From NCBI GenBank assembly GCA_964349945.1, contig CAYGIH010000001.1, positions 169,218-233,217 on the forward strand: a stretch of 64,000 nucleotides of DNA, given 5' to 3'. Below the pieces are notes generated by a model. It was not told the DNA's origin. It saw nothing but the letters and a program-made list of their open reading frames with translations, and made no database searches. Of the stretch, positions 1 through 9,949 are shown piece after piece. This stretch comes from an uncultured Candidatus Saccharibacteria bacterium. Its GTDB lineage: Bacteria > Patescibacteriota > Minisyncoccia > Phycocordibacterales > Zambryskibacteraceae. A program made the translations under genes and the position numbers. Positions within the stretch are counted from its first letter, which is position 1; each line of letters starts with the position of its first letter.

Positions 1-401
1 TAGACAGAGCTATTTTTGAGGGGTTGAAAGTAACTACAGATTTGACTTGGCTAACTGCAGAGTCCCTAGGATTATTTATTGGTCAAATTTTTATTGGACA
101 AGGGGATTTTTCTCAAGTGACTGGTCCCGTTGGACTTGTGGGTATGGTGGGAAATGTTGAAGCTTTGGGTTTTATTTATATGCTTTCATTTGTGGCGCTC
201 ATATCCATTAACCTTTCTATAGTGAATCTTTTACCTATACCAGCATTAGACGGCGGAAGGTTACTCATTGTTTGTATTGAAGCAATCAGAAGAAAAAATA
301 TTTCTCCAAAGATATTTAATATTGCCAACAATCTAAGTTTTGGTTTATTGCTTTTGCTTATGTTGATAATTACCTTTAGAGATGTGGTAAAGCTGATATA
401 A
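1..401 (+). CDS. C-terminal part of an RseP-like site-2 (M50) zinc metalloprotease; the 5' end lies outside the window
   Basis: The reading frame is open from the window edge. The translation contains LLPIPALDGGRLL and a terminal hydrophobic segment typical of the RseP/M50 C-terminus. Confidence 0.6.
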   Translation, partial: DRAIFEGLKVTTDLTWLTAESLGLFIGQIFIGQGDFSQVTGPVGLVGMVGNVEALGFIYMLSFVALISINLSIVNLLPIPALDGGRLLIVCIEAIRRKNISPKIFNIANNLSFGLLLLLMLIITFRDVVKLI

Positions 402-408
402 TGTATAT

Positions 409-693
409 ATGAATTTCGAACGAGATTTTTCTCCAGAAAAAGAGCTTTCACTAGTTGAGAGAGATGCTCATGATATGCTCATAGCCACTTTTACTGGGCG
501 TATTGCTGCTGTAGAGCACATGGATGGGAGAGACGCCCAAGAAGCAGTCGACAGATGGACAACAGAGTACGGTCAAAGATTTGATGAAGCATTTGATGAA
601 ATGAGAGCGACTCGACCAGATTTGATAAACGATACTAGTTTTTCTAAACAAGAGGAAGCAATAAAGTTCATAGAAGAAAGACTGGCTGATTAA
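409..693 (+). CDS. hypothetical acidic protein of 94 aa
   Basis: An ORF packed tightly after the preceding gene. No recognisable motif. Confidence 0.35.
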   Translation: MNFERDFSPEKELSLVERDAHDMLIATFTGRIAAVEHMDGRDAQEAVDRWTTEYGQRFDEAFDEMRATRPDLINDTSFSKQEEAIKFIEERLAD

Positions 694-775
694 ACCTTTA
701 TTTGTTCGCTTGTCAATGAATTGAGATGTGAAAGTAGGGCTTTGTTTTCAAGCCATTTTTCTTTATAATAGGCAA

Positions 776-2026
776 ATGCGACAGAGCCAACTATTTACGA
801 GAACTCGAAAAGAAGCTCCAACAGACGAGGTTTCAAAAAACGCCCAACTTTTAATTCGTGGCGGTTTTATTCATAAGGAGATGGCTGGGGTATATTCTTA
901 TCTACCACTTGGTTTAAGGGTAATAAAAAATATTGAAAAGATAATCAGAGAGGAAATGAATGCGATTGGGGGAATAGAAATGAAAACTTCTGTGCTTCAA
1001 AACAAGGAAGTCTGGGAAAAATCAAATCGATGGGATGATGCGGTTGTAGATAATTGGTTTAAGACGAAGTTGAAAAATGGAGGAGAAGTTGGTCTGTCGT
1101 TCACAAACGAAGAAGCTTACTCTAATATTCTAAAGCAATACATCCATTCTTATAAAGATTTACCTGCTTATCCTTATGATTTCAAGGAAATTTTCAGAAA
1201 TGAAGCCAGAAGTAAGTCAGGGATAATGCGAGGTAGAGAATTTTATTGGAAGGCTTTGTACTCATTCTCCAGAGACTTAGATGACCATAATGTTTTTTAT
1301 GAGAAGTCAAAAGTGGCTTATAAAAATGTATTCGAGAGAGCTGGTATAGGTCAATCTACATATATAACCCTTGCATCAGGTGGAACCTTTTCAAAATATT
1401 CACACGAGTTTCAGACTATAAGTGAAGCAGGTGAAGATATTATTTATGTTGATGAGGATAAAAAACTAGCTATCAATAAAGAACTAATTAATGAAGAAAG
1501 TTTATTAAAGGAGATGGGTTTTGATAGAGAGAAATTGGTAGAGAGAAAAGCCATAGAGGTAGGTAACATTTTTACTCTTGGGACAAAGTTTTCAGAGCCA
1601 TTTGATCTAACTTATAAAAATGAAAAAGGTGAGGAAAAACTTGTTTTTATGGGTTCATATGGGATTGGTTTAGGTCGTCTTATGGGCACAATCGTTGAAC
1701 TATTATCTGATGAAAAGGGGATTATTTGGCCAAAAGAAATTGCTCCCTATAGAGTTCATCTGCTTATATTAAGTAATGACGAAAAAATTAAGGAACTCGG
1801 AGATGAGGTCTATAAAACGCTTGTTTCGAATAATATTGAAGTTCTTTATGACGATAGAGATTTGAGGGCTGGAGAGAAATTTGCTGATGCAGATCTTATA
1901 GGTATACCCAATTCAATTGTTATAAGTAATAAAACTATTGAATCTGGAATGTATGAATTGAAGGATAGAAGTAGTGGAGAAGCAAAGTTTGTTTCTTTGG
2001 AGCACCTTTTAACAGAGCTTAAGTAA
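776..2026 (+). CDS. proS: prolyl-tRNA synthetase, a compact form lacking the large editing insertion
   Basis: From the inner Met the sequence reads MRQSQLFTRTRKEAPTDEVSKNAQLLIRGGFI, which matches the ProRS N-terminus. The class II core and a C-terminal anticodon-binding region are present. The track ORF starts 48 nt earlier, but MRQSQ matches the canonical start. Confidence 0.9.
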   Translation: MRQSQLFTRTRKEAPTDEVSKNAQLLIRGGFIHKEMAGVYSYLPLGLRVIKNIEKIIREEMNAIGGIEMKTSVLQNKEVWEKSNRWDDAVVDNWFKTKLKNGGEVGLSFTNEEAYSNILKQYIHSYKDLPAYPYDFKEIFRNEARSKSGIMRGREFYWKALYSFSRDLDDHNVFYEKSKVAYKNVFERAGIGQSTYITLASGGTFSKYSHEFQTISEAGEDIIYVDEDKKLAINKELINEESLLKEMGFDREKLVERKAIEVGNIFTLGTKFSEPFDLTYKNEKGEEKLVFMGSYGIGLGRLMGTIVELLSDEKGIIWPKEIAPYRVHLLILSNDEKIKELGDEVYKTLVSNNIEVLYDDRDLRAGEKFADADLIGIPNSIVISNKTIESGMYELKDRSSGEAKFVSLEHLLTELK

Positions 2027-3093
2027 TGAAAAAATATTTTAACAAAAACAGATGGAGCAGAATGCTCTCGAATGATATTGGCATCGACTTAGGGACAGCC
2101 AACACTCTTGTCTATGTTCGTGGTATGGGGATTATCATCAATGAGCCTTCGGTGGTAGCGGTGAACCAAAAAACAGGCCAAGTGGTAGCCGTAGGCAAGG
2201 ATGCGAAGGAAATGTTGGGTAGAACACCAACACATATTCAAGCAGTCAGACCTCTTGTGGATGGTGTTATTTCAGACTTTGAGGTGACAGAAGAAATGAT
2301 TTCGTATTTTATAAATCAAGCACAAGAGCATTCAAAAAAGATGTTTGGGCCAAGGGTGGTAGTAGGTGTGCCTTCAGGTATAACCAATGTAGAAATACGA
2401 GCTGTTCGTGATGCAATAAAAAATGCTGGTGCAGGTGAGGTGCACATAGTAGAAGAACCCATGGCAGCGGCTATAGGTATGAGGTTACCTATTAATGAGC
2501 CTGTGGGCAATATGGTTATAGATATAGGAGGTGGCACTTCAGATATTGCAGTACTTTCTTTGGGTGGAGTAGTGCATACAAAAAATCTCCGTATTGCCGG
2601 AGACAGATTCAATAATGACATTATTTCTTATATTAGAAATCAGTTCAAAATTTTGATTGGAGAAAAAACTGCTGAATTGATTAAACACAGCATTGGTTCA
2701 TTGATACCAAACAACGTTACACTTGAAGTAAAGATAAAAGGACGTGACCTTATAACTGGTTTACCCAGAGAAGTAGTAGTTACAGATACTGATATAAGAG
2801 AAGCACTTTCTCCATCTATAGAAGCGCTAGTTGAAGCGGTGAGAGAGGTTTTAGAGATGACCCCACCAGAAATTTTGGCTGATATAATGCAAAGAGGTAT
2901 TTACTTGGCGGGCGGAGGTGCATTACTAAAGGGGTTAAAAGAACTATTGTCTCAAGAAGTAAATATCCCTGTTCATGTTTGTGCAGATCCTTTGACTGCT
3001 GTGGCACGAGGGACTGGTATAATTCTCGAAGACATAGATTTTCATAGAGATGTATTAATAGAAAATGAAGACTCTTTACCACCCAAAAAATAG
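2026..3093 (+). CDS. mreB: rod-shape determining protein MreB
   Basis: Contains IGIDLGTANTLVYV, DIGGGTSDIAVLSL and LAGGGALLKGL, which are actin/MreB phosphate and adenosine motifs. Confidence 0.9.
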   Translation: MKKYFNKNRWSRMLSNDIGIDLGTANTLVYVRGMGIIINEPSVVAVNQKTGQVVAVGKDAKEMLGRTPTHIQAVRPLVDGVISDFEVTEEMISYFINQAQEHSKKMFGPRVVVGVPSGITNVEIRAVRDAIKNAGAGEVHIVEEPMAAAIGMRLPINEPVGNMVIDIGGGTSDIAVLSLGGVVHTKNLRIAGDRFNNDIISYIRNQFKILIGEKTAELIKHSIGSLIPNNVTLEVKIKGRDLITGLPREVVVTDTDIREALSPSIEALVEAVREVLEMTPPEILADIMQRGIYLAGGGALLKGLKELLSQEVNIPVHVCADPLTAVARGTGIILEDIDFHRDVLIENEDSLPPKK

Positions 3094-3850
3094 GTTAAAA
3101 AGTATTTATAGAGGCAAATTAATATTTGTTGTAATTCTGTTTGTTTTTTGTGTTATATTTTTTTCTTATTTTGATAAGAGTCTTATTAGAGGGGCTACTC
3201 CTATTTGGGTGATAGAAAATTCCTTTGTGCAAGGACTCACCAATGTATTCAGGTTGGTTAGATCAAAGCAATCACTAATAAGGGAAAATGAGATGCTAAA
3301 ATCCAAGGTTGCATCAAGTGAACTGGCCTTAAGTGTTTATGGAGGAATTGAAAGTCAAAATAATTTATTATTGGAAACTCTAGGGAGGGGTCAAAAAAAT
3401 GATTATATTAAAGCTTCAATCATCGCCAGACCTCCAAAAACTTTTTTTGATTCAATCATTGTTGATGTAGGAGAGAACTCAAACATTCGGATAGATGATA
3501 AAGTTTTAGCCCCTGAAGGAGCAATAATCGGTGTGGTTTCTGAAGTTTTTCCAAAAAATTCTAAGATTAAACTTTTCACTACAAGCGGAGAAATAACCCC
3601 GGCATACTTGGAGAGAGAGAGCACCCCTGTCGATTTGAAAGGTTTAGGAGGTGGGGTTTTCGAGGCAAGTGTCCCTAGAGATACAAAAGCAGTCATGGGG
3701 GACAGAGTGTTGTCTGCTCATATACGTGGAGAACTAATGGGTGTGATTGAGGAAATTGAAATGTCTCCAACAGATTCTTTTAAAAAATTAATGATAAGAA
3801 GCGCGGTTAATATTTTTAAAATGCATTTTGTAAATATTTCACATGAATAA
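3065..3850 (+). CDS. mreC: MreC-like rod-shape protein
   Basis: Its position after mreB, an N-terminal TM, a coiled-coil segment (ENEMLKSKVASSELA) and a beta-rich C-terminus. Confidence 0.6.
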   Translation: MKTLYHPKNRLKSIYRGKLIFVVILFVFCVIFFSYFDKSLIRGATPIWVIENSFVQGLTNVFRLVRSKQSLIRENEMLKSKVASSELALSVYGGIESQNNLLLETLGRGQKNDYIKASIIARPPKTFFDSIIVDVGENSNIRIDDKVLAPEGAIIGVVSEVFPKNSKIKLFTTSGEITPAYLERESTPVDLKGLGGGVFEASVPRDTKAVMGDRVLSAHIRGELMGVIEEIEMSPTDSFKKLMIRSAVNIFKMHFVNISHE

Positions 3851-4109
3851 GAGATTAACTTTGTCTTTAGTACTATTTTTATTAATTTTGTTTACTCCGT
3901 ACTATCTTTATTTGTTGGCTCTGGTAATGGCTATCATTTTTGTACCCTTCTTTTGGGAGGCCATCATCTTTGGATTTCTCGTTGATGTATTGTACGGGCC
4001 ATACACTCATATTGGTTTATCATACGAGTTTCCTGTAGGTATAATGGCAATAATATTAGTTGTTATTTTATTACCCATAAGGGAGCGTTTGAGATTCTAC
4101 AATGTATAA
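3843..4109 (+). CDS. mreD: MreD-like small polytopic membrane protein
   Basis: An 88-aa, very hydrophobic protein overlapping both mreC and mrdA in operon position. Confidence 0.45.
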   Translation: MNKRLTLSLVLFLLILFTPYYLYLLALVMAIIFVPFFWEAIIFGFLVDVLYGPYTHIGLSYEFPVGIMAIILVVILLPIRERLRFYNV

Positions 4110-5811
4110 TAATTTTTTTAGAAAATTTAAGAAAAAAATAGAAAGGAAGCATAAAGATATTGATCCAGAGGACATCTTTCTTGATTCAACGAACCTCCCA
4201 GGTTTTACTATCAATCGTTTTGAAGGAAGGATAGAAAAACCTATTTCTTCTATAACTTTTTTGTTGATGAAAATTACTCTTGTTTTGTTACTAATGCTCT
4301 TCTTTGTGAGGTTGTGGGATCTAAATATAGTGAATGGAGAGAATTTTAAAAAAATCTCAGAAAATAATCGTTTGGCTCATACACTCATAATTGCTAACCG
4401 TGGGGTGGTTTACGATAGGAATAAGATTGAATTAGCCACTAATGCTATTAAACAAGGTGGTGCAGACTTCGCAGAGAGGTTATATGCGCCTATTGAGGGC
4501 TTGTCTCATGTAGTAGGGTATGTGAAGTATCCGTCGAAGGATTCATCAGGGTTTTATTATGAAGAAGAATATCGAGGACAATCTGGTGTAGAAAAAACTT
4601 ACAATAATGTATTGGCAGGAATCAATGGTTTGAAAATCACAGAGACAAATGCTTTGGGTAAAGTAACTTCAGAAAGCGTTGTACGCAAACCAGAAAACGG
4701 TCGCGATGTCATTCTCTCTATAGATTCTAGATTAAATTCTGAATTATATTTGGCCATGAAAAACATTAAGGAAACCAGGGGTTTTACTGGTGGAGCGGGG
4801 GCAATAATGGATGTTAATACAGGAGAAATATTGGCACTCTCAAGTTTCCCCGGTTTTGATCAAAATATAGTCACTAGGGGAGAAAATAGAAAGGAAATTT
4901 CAAGATTATTCACCTCCAAAGACAAACCGTTTCTGGATAGAGCCGTCAGTGGTTTATATACACCTGGCTCAATAGTTAAACCGATTTTAGGATTGGCAGT
5001 TCTCCAGGAAAATATTATTTCTCCAGATAAACAAATACTTTCTACAGGATCTTTAATTGTGCCTAATCCATATGACAAAACAAAGCCCACTATATATAAA
5101 GATTGGAGGATAAACGGTTGGACAGATCTTAGGGAAGCATTGGCTGTTTCTTCTGATATTTATTTCTATGTAGTTGGTGGAGGTTTTGAAAGTCAAAAAG
5201 GCTTGGGGATAACTAATATCAATAGATATTTTGAAATGTTTGGCATGACCGAGAAGACTGGCATAGATCTCCCCGGGGAAAGTGTGGGTGTTATCCCAAG
5301 TCCAGAGTGGAAGAAAGAAAATTTCAATGGAGAACCTTGGAGGTTGGGGGATACCTACATTACTTCTATTGGACAGTACGGGACACAGGTGACTCTTCTT
5401 GAAGCTTTAAGGTGGACAGCGGCTATAGCAAACAAAGGCACGCTCCTAATTCCTTCTGTCGTTATAGGAGGTAGGCCACCTCAAGATAGGGTTTTTCGGA
5501 CTATTGATTTACCAGATAATGTTTGGAAAGTTGTTCAAGAGGGAATGAGGCGGGCAGTAGAAACAGGAACAGTTAGTGCTCTAAAGACTCCTGCAGTGGC
5601 CATAGCAGCTAAGACTGGAACGGCCGAATTGGGAGCCTTGAAGAACAGAGTAAACTCTTGGTCAGTAGGTTTTTTCCCATTTGAAAAACCTAAATATGCC
5701 TTTGCAATTCTCATGGAAAATGGTCCGGCGGATAATCCTGTTGGAGCTACTTACGCCATGCAAGAAGTGATTAATTGGATGATATTTAATACCCCTGAAT
5801 ACATAAAGTAA
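4102..5811 (+). CDS. mrdA: penicillin-binding protein 2 (elongasome transpeptidase)
   Basis: An N-terminal TM and the SxxK motif (TPGSIVKP), followed downstream by KTGTA. Located in the mreBCD operon. Confidence 0.8.
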   Translation: MYNNFFRKFKKKIERKHKDIDPEDIFLDSTNLPGFTINRFEGRIEKPISSITFLLMKITLVLLLMLFFVRLWDLNIVNGENFKKISENNRLAHTLIIANRGVVYDRNKIELATNAIKQGGADFAERLYAPIEGLSHVVGYVKYPSKDSSGFYYEEEYRGQSGVEKTYNNVLAGINGLKITETNALGKVTSESVVRKPENGRDVILSIDSRLNSELYLAMKNIKETRGFTGGAGAIMDVNTGEILALSSFPGFDQNIVTRGENRKEISRLFTSKDKPFLDRAVSGLYTPGSIVKPILGLAVLQENIISPDKQILSTGSLIVPNPYDKTKPTIYKDWRINGWTDLREALAVSSDIYFYVVGGGFESQKGLGITNINRYFEMFGMTEKTGIDLPGESVGVIPSPEWKKENFNGEPWRLGDTYITSIGQYGTQVTLLEALRWTAAIANKGTLLIPSVVIGGRPPQDRVFRTIDLPDNVWKVVQEGMRRAVETGTVSALKTPAVAIAAKTGTAELGALKNRVNSWSVGFFPFEKPKYAFAILMENGPADNPVGATYAMQEVINWMIFNTPEYIK

Positions 5812-5876
5812 AAGGATTGCTTTTTTGGTCGATTTGACGTAGTATACGTCCCCATAATCGTGTCCCAAAACAGCAT

Positions 5877-6344
5877 ATGCCCAAAGAAAAAGAGTATCTA
5901 ACAGAAGCAAAATTCAATGAATTCAAAGCAGAACTTCATGAGTTAAAAACCAAGAAACGCAAGGAAATTGCTGAGGCTTTGGAGTTTGCTAAATCTCTTG
6001 GAGATTTGTCTGAAAACGCAGAATATCATGATGCCCGTGATCTACAAGCGAGAGTTGAAGACAGAATAAATCACCTCGAAGCACTTCTAAAAACTGCATC
6101 TATTGTGGCCTGCCATGATACTAATGCTGTTTCTGTTGGTTCTACCATCACCCTCTCAAGGGAAGGAAACAAAGAAAATAAAATTTACACTATTGTAGGT
6201 GCAGAAGAATCTGATGTCTCTTTGGGGAAAATTTCTATGCGCTCTCCACTTGGTGTAGCGGTAATGGGCAAGAAGAAAGGAGATACCTTCACTTTTAAAA
6301 CTCCAGGGGGGACTGTGAACTATAAGGTTATTGATATAAAATAG
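5877..6344 (+). CDS. greA: transcription elongation factor GreA
   Basis: An N-terminal coiled-coil carrying the acidic tip (LGDLSENAEYHDARD) and a C-terminal FKBP-like domain. Confidence 0.9.
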   Translation: MPKEKEYLTEAKFNEFKAELHELKTKKRKEIAEALEFAKSLGDLSENAEYHDARDLQARVEDRINHLEALLKTASIVACHDTNAVSVGSTITLSREGNKENKIYTIVGAEESDVSLGKISMRSPLGVAVMGKKKGDTFTFKTPGGTVNYKVIDIK

Positions 6345-6348
6345 GGGC

Positions 6349-7836
6349 ATGGCCTCCATCGAAGAAATCCAAGAAGCGCGCTTAGGCAAGCTTCAATTAC
6401 TAAAGGATAAAGGTATTAATCCTTATCCAATTGTTTCTCATCAAGATTATACTAACGCTCAAGCCGTAGAAAACTTTGGAGAAATTTCTTCTTCTGGAAA
6501 ATCTATTTATATGGTGGGGAGGATTTTATCTCTTCGTGCACAGGGCAAAATTATATTTATTACTTTTGATGATGGCACAGCGAGATTTCAAGCACTACTT
6601 AAATCTGGCGAACCACTACTACAAGAAACATTTGATTTATTTGAACAAGCATTTGATATTGGAGATTTTGTAGAGGTTAAAGGGACATTGTTTGTGACCA
6701 AACGTGAGGAGAAAACTATTTTGGCAGAAGATATTAGGATGCTTTCCAAATCTCTCCGCCCACTTCCGGAGAAATGGAATGGGCTTCAAGATCCAGAAGA
6801 GAGATTCAGAAGGCGATATCTGGATATAATTTCTAACCCAGAACTTAAAGATGTTTTCCAAAAGAAAGCTAAGTTCTGGAACACTATCCGAGAATATATG
6901 CTTTCAAAAGATTTTCTAGAAGTTGAAACTCCAGTGCTTGAGAATACCACTGGTGGTGCTGAAGCGCGTCCATTTATCACACATCACAACGCATTCGATA
7001 TGGATGTTTTTCTTCGTATTTCAGCGGGGGAGTTATGGCAAAAGAAACTGCTCGTTGCTGGATTCCCAAGAGTTTTTGAAATAGGACGAATTTTTAGAAA
7101 TGAAGGTATATCAAACGAACACCTGCAGGATTATACTCAGCTTGAATACTATATGGCTTATGCAGATTTTGAAGTGGGGATGGAAATGACTAAGGAGCTT
7201 TATAGACTCATTGCAGATAAAGTATTTGGCACAACTAAATTTAGTATTAGAGGTGTAAATATTGATTTAGGTAAAGAATGGGAAGTATATGATTTTTGTA
7301 CGGTTATTAAAGAAAAATTTGATATAGATCCATTAGACACAACAGAGAAAGAAGTCCTTGCTGTTCTGGATAAAAATAATATAGAAAGAGATAAAGACAC
7401 AAACATCGAAAGAGGAGTTGATTTACTTTGGAAGGGCCTAAGGAAGACTATCGCTGGTCCCGGATTCCTTATTGGAGTGCCTGTATCTATGGAGCCACTA
7501 GCGAAGAAGAATAGAAATAATCCAAAGACTGTAGAGAGATTCCAAGTTATCCTCGCGGGGAGCGAGATGGGTAAGGGCTTTAGTGAGTTAAATGACCCAG
7601 TCGATCAGAAAGAGAGATTTATGAGTCAACAAGCTAAGCGTGATGCAGGGGATGAAGAAGCACAGATGGCTGATATGGAATATGTAGAAGCTCTTGAATA
7701 CGCGATGCCCCCAGCATTTGGTTTTGGACTTTCAGAAAGATTGTTTAGTTTCCTCATGGATATGTCTGTGCGTGAGACACAACTCTTTCCTCTAATGAGA
7801 CCAAAGAATAAAGGGAATTCAGAGATTGACAAATAG
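6349..7836 (+). CDS. lysS: lysyl-tRNA synthetase, class II
   Basis: An OB-fold N-terminus, FRNEGISNEHLQDYTQLEYYMAY (motif 2) and a C-terminal GxGxGxxR-type motif 3. Confidence 0.9.
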   Translation: MASIEEIQEARLGKLQLLKDKGINPYPIVSHQDYTNAQAVENFGEISSSGKSIYMVGRILSLRAQGKIIFITFDDGTARFQALLKSGEPLLQETFDLFEQAFDIGDFVEVKGTLFVTKREEKTILAEDIRMLSKSLRPLPEKWNGLQDPEERFRRRYLDIISNPELKDVFQKKAKFWNTIREYMLSKDFLEVETPVLENTTGGAEARPFITHHNAFDMDVFLRISAGELWQKKLLVAGFPRVFEIGRIFRNEGISNEHLQDYTQLEYYMAYADFEVGMEMTKELYRLIADKVFGTTKFSIRGVNIDLGKEWEVYDFCTVIKEKFDIDPLDTTEKEVLAVLDKNNIERDKDTNIERGVDLLWKGLRKTIAGPGFLIGVPVSMEPLAKKNRNNPKTVERFQVILAGSEMGKGFSELNDPVDQKERFMSQQAKRDAGDEEAQMADMEYVEALEYAMPPAFGFGLSERLFSFLMDMSVRETQLFPLMRPKNKGNSEIDK

Positions 7837-7855
7837 GTTTATTGTGTGATATAAT
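7826..7855 (+). promoter_or_regulatory. sigma70-type promoter with an extended -10: TTGACA, an 18-nt spacer, then TGaTATAAT
   Basis: Read directly from the sequence. It is followed by a 7-bp 5'-UTR hairpin (TGGGCAA/TTGCCCA) and a GGAGGA RBS before the GC-rich ORF at 7882. Confidence 0.55.
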
Positions 7856-7881
7856 GTATATAGATACGTTCTTGGGCAACT

Positions 7882-8547
7882 TTGCCCAGACAACTTACGG
7901 AGGAAGCGATGCTTCGTTTTAATTTTGTCTCAATGCTTCTCATTGCACTGCTTCCGAACTTCGGAGCGGCACAGGAGAGCAAGCAGTCGGAGAAGACGGT
8001 CGCAGAAATCAGTTTCTCCGGCCAAGCGTTTGTCACAGAGTCGGGCAACCAGACGATGACTATCGCTCAGAATCTTGTGAAGGGTTATACCTACATGAGT
8101 GAGCGTGTTGGCATCTGGGGATTCGCTTACGCCGAGAAGGGATACCTGTCCTCGACGGCCGGGCTTTTCTACGATTTCACTGACTACTTCGAAATCGGAG
8201 TGGCTGGAGGAGCTGAGACGATTCTCGAGGACGACGGCCTGCATCATGTCTACGGACGTGGTGCGGTGGCTGTTTTCATCGGCACGGACAAACTCTTCAT
8301 CGAGACGTACTACGAGAATGGTGCGTCGAAAGAAGATTGGTACGAAGTGGATGCGATGTGGCGACCGAGTAATCGGTTCGGCATGGGTGTCCTCGCCCAG
8401 AAGGGAGTTGGTTTCGGTCCGCGAGTACTGGTTCAACCGTTGAAACAAATTCCATTCGAAGTGTTCGTGGCTCCGTACATGTACGACCAAGACACCAAGA
8501 AGGGGAACATGCTCTTCGGTGGACAGCTCGTCTTCCGTCGTAAGTAG
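7882..8547 (+). CDS. secreted beta-rich protein in a GC-rich cassette, possibly a beta-barrel
   Basis: A signal-peptide-like N-terminus (MLLIALLPNFGAAQ), an aromatic-rich alternating pattern, and a C-terminal aromatic residue. GC is markedly higher than in the flanks. Confidence 0.6.
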   Translation: MPRQLTEEAMLRFNFVSMLLIALLPNFGAAQESKQSEKTVAEISFSGQAFVTESGNQTMTIAQNLVKGYTYMSERVGIWGFAYAEKGYLSSTAGLFYDFTDYFEIGVAGGAETILEDDGLHHVYGRGAVAVFIGTDKLFIETYYENGASKEDWYEVDAMWRPSNRFGMGVLAQKGVGFGPRVLVQPLKQIPFEVFVAPYMYDQDTKKGNMLFGGQLVFRRK

Positions 8548-8548
8548 T

Positions 8549-8602
8549 GTGCGACCCTCGGGGTCGCACAGAGCGCATATCATCCAGGTATGCGCTTTTT
8601 TC
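8549..8602 (+). terminator. tandem hairpins, the second followed by a T-run (intrinsic terminator)
   Basis: The first hairpin is GTGCGACCC-tcg-GGGTCGCAC. The second is AGCGCATA-9nt-TATGCGCT followed by TTTTTT. Confidence 0.6.
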
Positions 8603-8640
8603 ATACAGAATTAATTATATTTATAGGCTTAAATTTAAGC

Positions 8641-8670
8641 TTGACAAAATGATATTAAATGTGCTATAAT
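8641..8670 (+). promoter_or_regulatory. consensus sigma70 promoter: TTGACA, an 18-nt spacer, then TATAAT
   Basis: Exact consensus hexamers, read from the sequence upstream of the ORF at 8719. Confidence 0.6.
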
Positions 8671-8718
8671 ACACGCATACGAGGTTAGGTCTTTCACAAC
8701 TTTTCTACGAGGTGTCCC

Positions 8719-9330
8719 TTGGATAAGGAACTGATTGGCCAAATCTCAGGGGCACTTGTGATCCTGAGTGCCGTACCATATGTGTACGGTCTGTTGAAAG
8801 GCAGAAACGATCCAGAGATTACTAGTTGGTCTTTGTGGTCAGTCATCGGTCTCTCGTTGCTCCTCACCTACAAGAGTTCTGGTGCTGGGTCAAACCTTTG
8901 GCCAGCGGTGTTCGGGTTCACGAACCCGATTATCATCACTGCCATCGCGATTGCAAAGAGAGGTGAACGAAGGAAACTCAGCCGCTTGGATTGGGCTTGT
9001 GTTATCCTTTGTGCCATCGCACTAAGTATGTGGTGGATGGTGCGTGCAGACAAGGAAATGTCTCAGTACGCACTGTACTTGTCCATCATTGCCGATTCAT
9101 GTGCCGCAATTCCGACGATTGTTCTCGTTTGGTCTAACCCGATGATAGATCGGCCGTTTGCTTGGGGATTCTTTGGAATCGGGTACTCTGTGGGATTGCT
9201 TGCAGTTCCAGAGTGGACCTTTTCAAACGCAATTCTTCCGATCTACATGTTTGTCGGGTCGTGGTCAATCATGACTCCACTTGTGTTGGTTCGGATCAAG
9301 AACCGGGTCCCGTTCAAGGAGTGGGTTTAG
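8719..9330 (+). CDS. polytopic membrane protein (Trp-rich) in a GC-rich cassette, TTG start
   Basis: About six hydrophobic segments and a GAGGTG RBS. A distant paralog lies at 52920..53507 (shared PxxTxWxxW, RLD, WxM and WSNP/WNKP blocks). Confidence 0.6.
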   Translation: MDKELIGQISGALVILSAVPYVYGLLKGRNDPEITSWSLWSVIGLSLLLTYKSSGAGSNLWPAVFGFTNPIIITAIAIAKRGERRKLSRLDWACVILCAIALSMWWMVRADKEMSQYALYLSIIADSCAAIPTIVLVWSNPMIDRPFAWGFFGIGYSVGLLAVPEWTFSNAILPIYMFVGSWSIMTPLVLVRIKNRVPFKEWV

Positions 9331-9351
9331 GTAGAAAAAGTTGTATTAGTT

Positions 9352-9380
9352 GGCCCGACGCATGCGTCGGGCCTTTTTCT
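9352..9380 (+). terminator. intrinsic terminator
   Basis: GGCCCGACG-catg-CGTCGGGCC followed by TTTTT. Confidence 0.65.
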
Positions 9381-9501
9381 TTATATATTCGGAAATAATT
9401 TTTCATATATGTAAAGTGGAAAAGTGGATAACTAAGGTAGTAGAGTGGATGCATGTGGGATACAATATCTATCAGGTGGGAGAAAGTGGGAAACCTAATA
9501 T

Positions 9502-9948
9502 TTGGTATTTAACATGTTCATTGGCGAATACACACATACAGTCGATGAGAAAAAAAGAATCTCATTACCAAGCAGGTTCAAAAAAGAACTTGGGACAAAA
9601 GTGGTAGTTACCAGAGGACTTGATAATTGTCTTTTCCTTTTCACTCACAAAGCGTGGACAAACATTTCTACAGAGATGGGCAAGCTCGATATGAAGCAAG
9701 CGGATGCACGAGGATTCGCTCGCTTCATGTTCGGAGGGGCACTCGAGATAGATGTGGATTCTATGGGTCGCATACTTATTCCTGATTATTTGAAGGAGTT
9801 TGCAGATCTAAAGAGCCCTGTCGTTTTCGCTGGCCTCAATGACCGTATTGAAATCTGGAACGAGAAGCGTTGGAAGACTTACAACAAACGCATCGAATCA
9901 GAGGTCGAGGGTCTAGCCGAGAAGCTCAGCAATATAGGAGTGAGATAA
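9502..9948 (+). CDS. mraZ: transcriptional regulator MraZ
   Basis: MFIGEYTHTVDEKKRISLPSRFKKEL and a second DxxxR repeat. The inner Met at 9514 is the likely start. Confidence 0.85.
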   Translation: MVFNMFIGEYTHTVDEKKRISLPSRFKKELGTKVVVTRGLDNCLFLFTHKAWTNISTEMGKLDMKQADARGFARFMFGGALEIDVDSMGRILIPDYLKEFADLKSPVVFAGLNDRIEIWNEKRWKTYNKRIESEVEGLAEKLSNIGVR

Positions 9949-9949
9949 T

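Noticed and set aside
728-775. The upstream extension of proS (track start at 728)
   Set aside because: The canonical ProRS N-terminus begins at MRQSQ (776). The extension is hydrophobic junk inside the intergenic region.
7930-8604. A long minus-strand ORF of 224 aa, together with the ORFs at 8099..8443 and 8297..8578, all overlapping the GC-rich gene at 7882..8547
   Set aside because: GC-rich DNA produces long spurious ORFs. The plus-strand frame has a promoter, RBS, signal peptide and terminator. The minus-strand products are Arg/Ser-rich and low-complexity.
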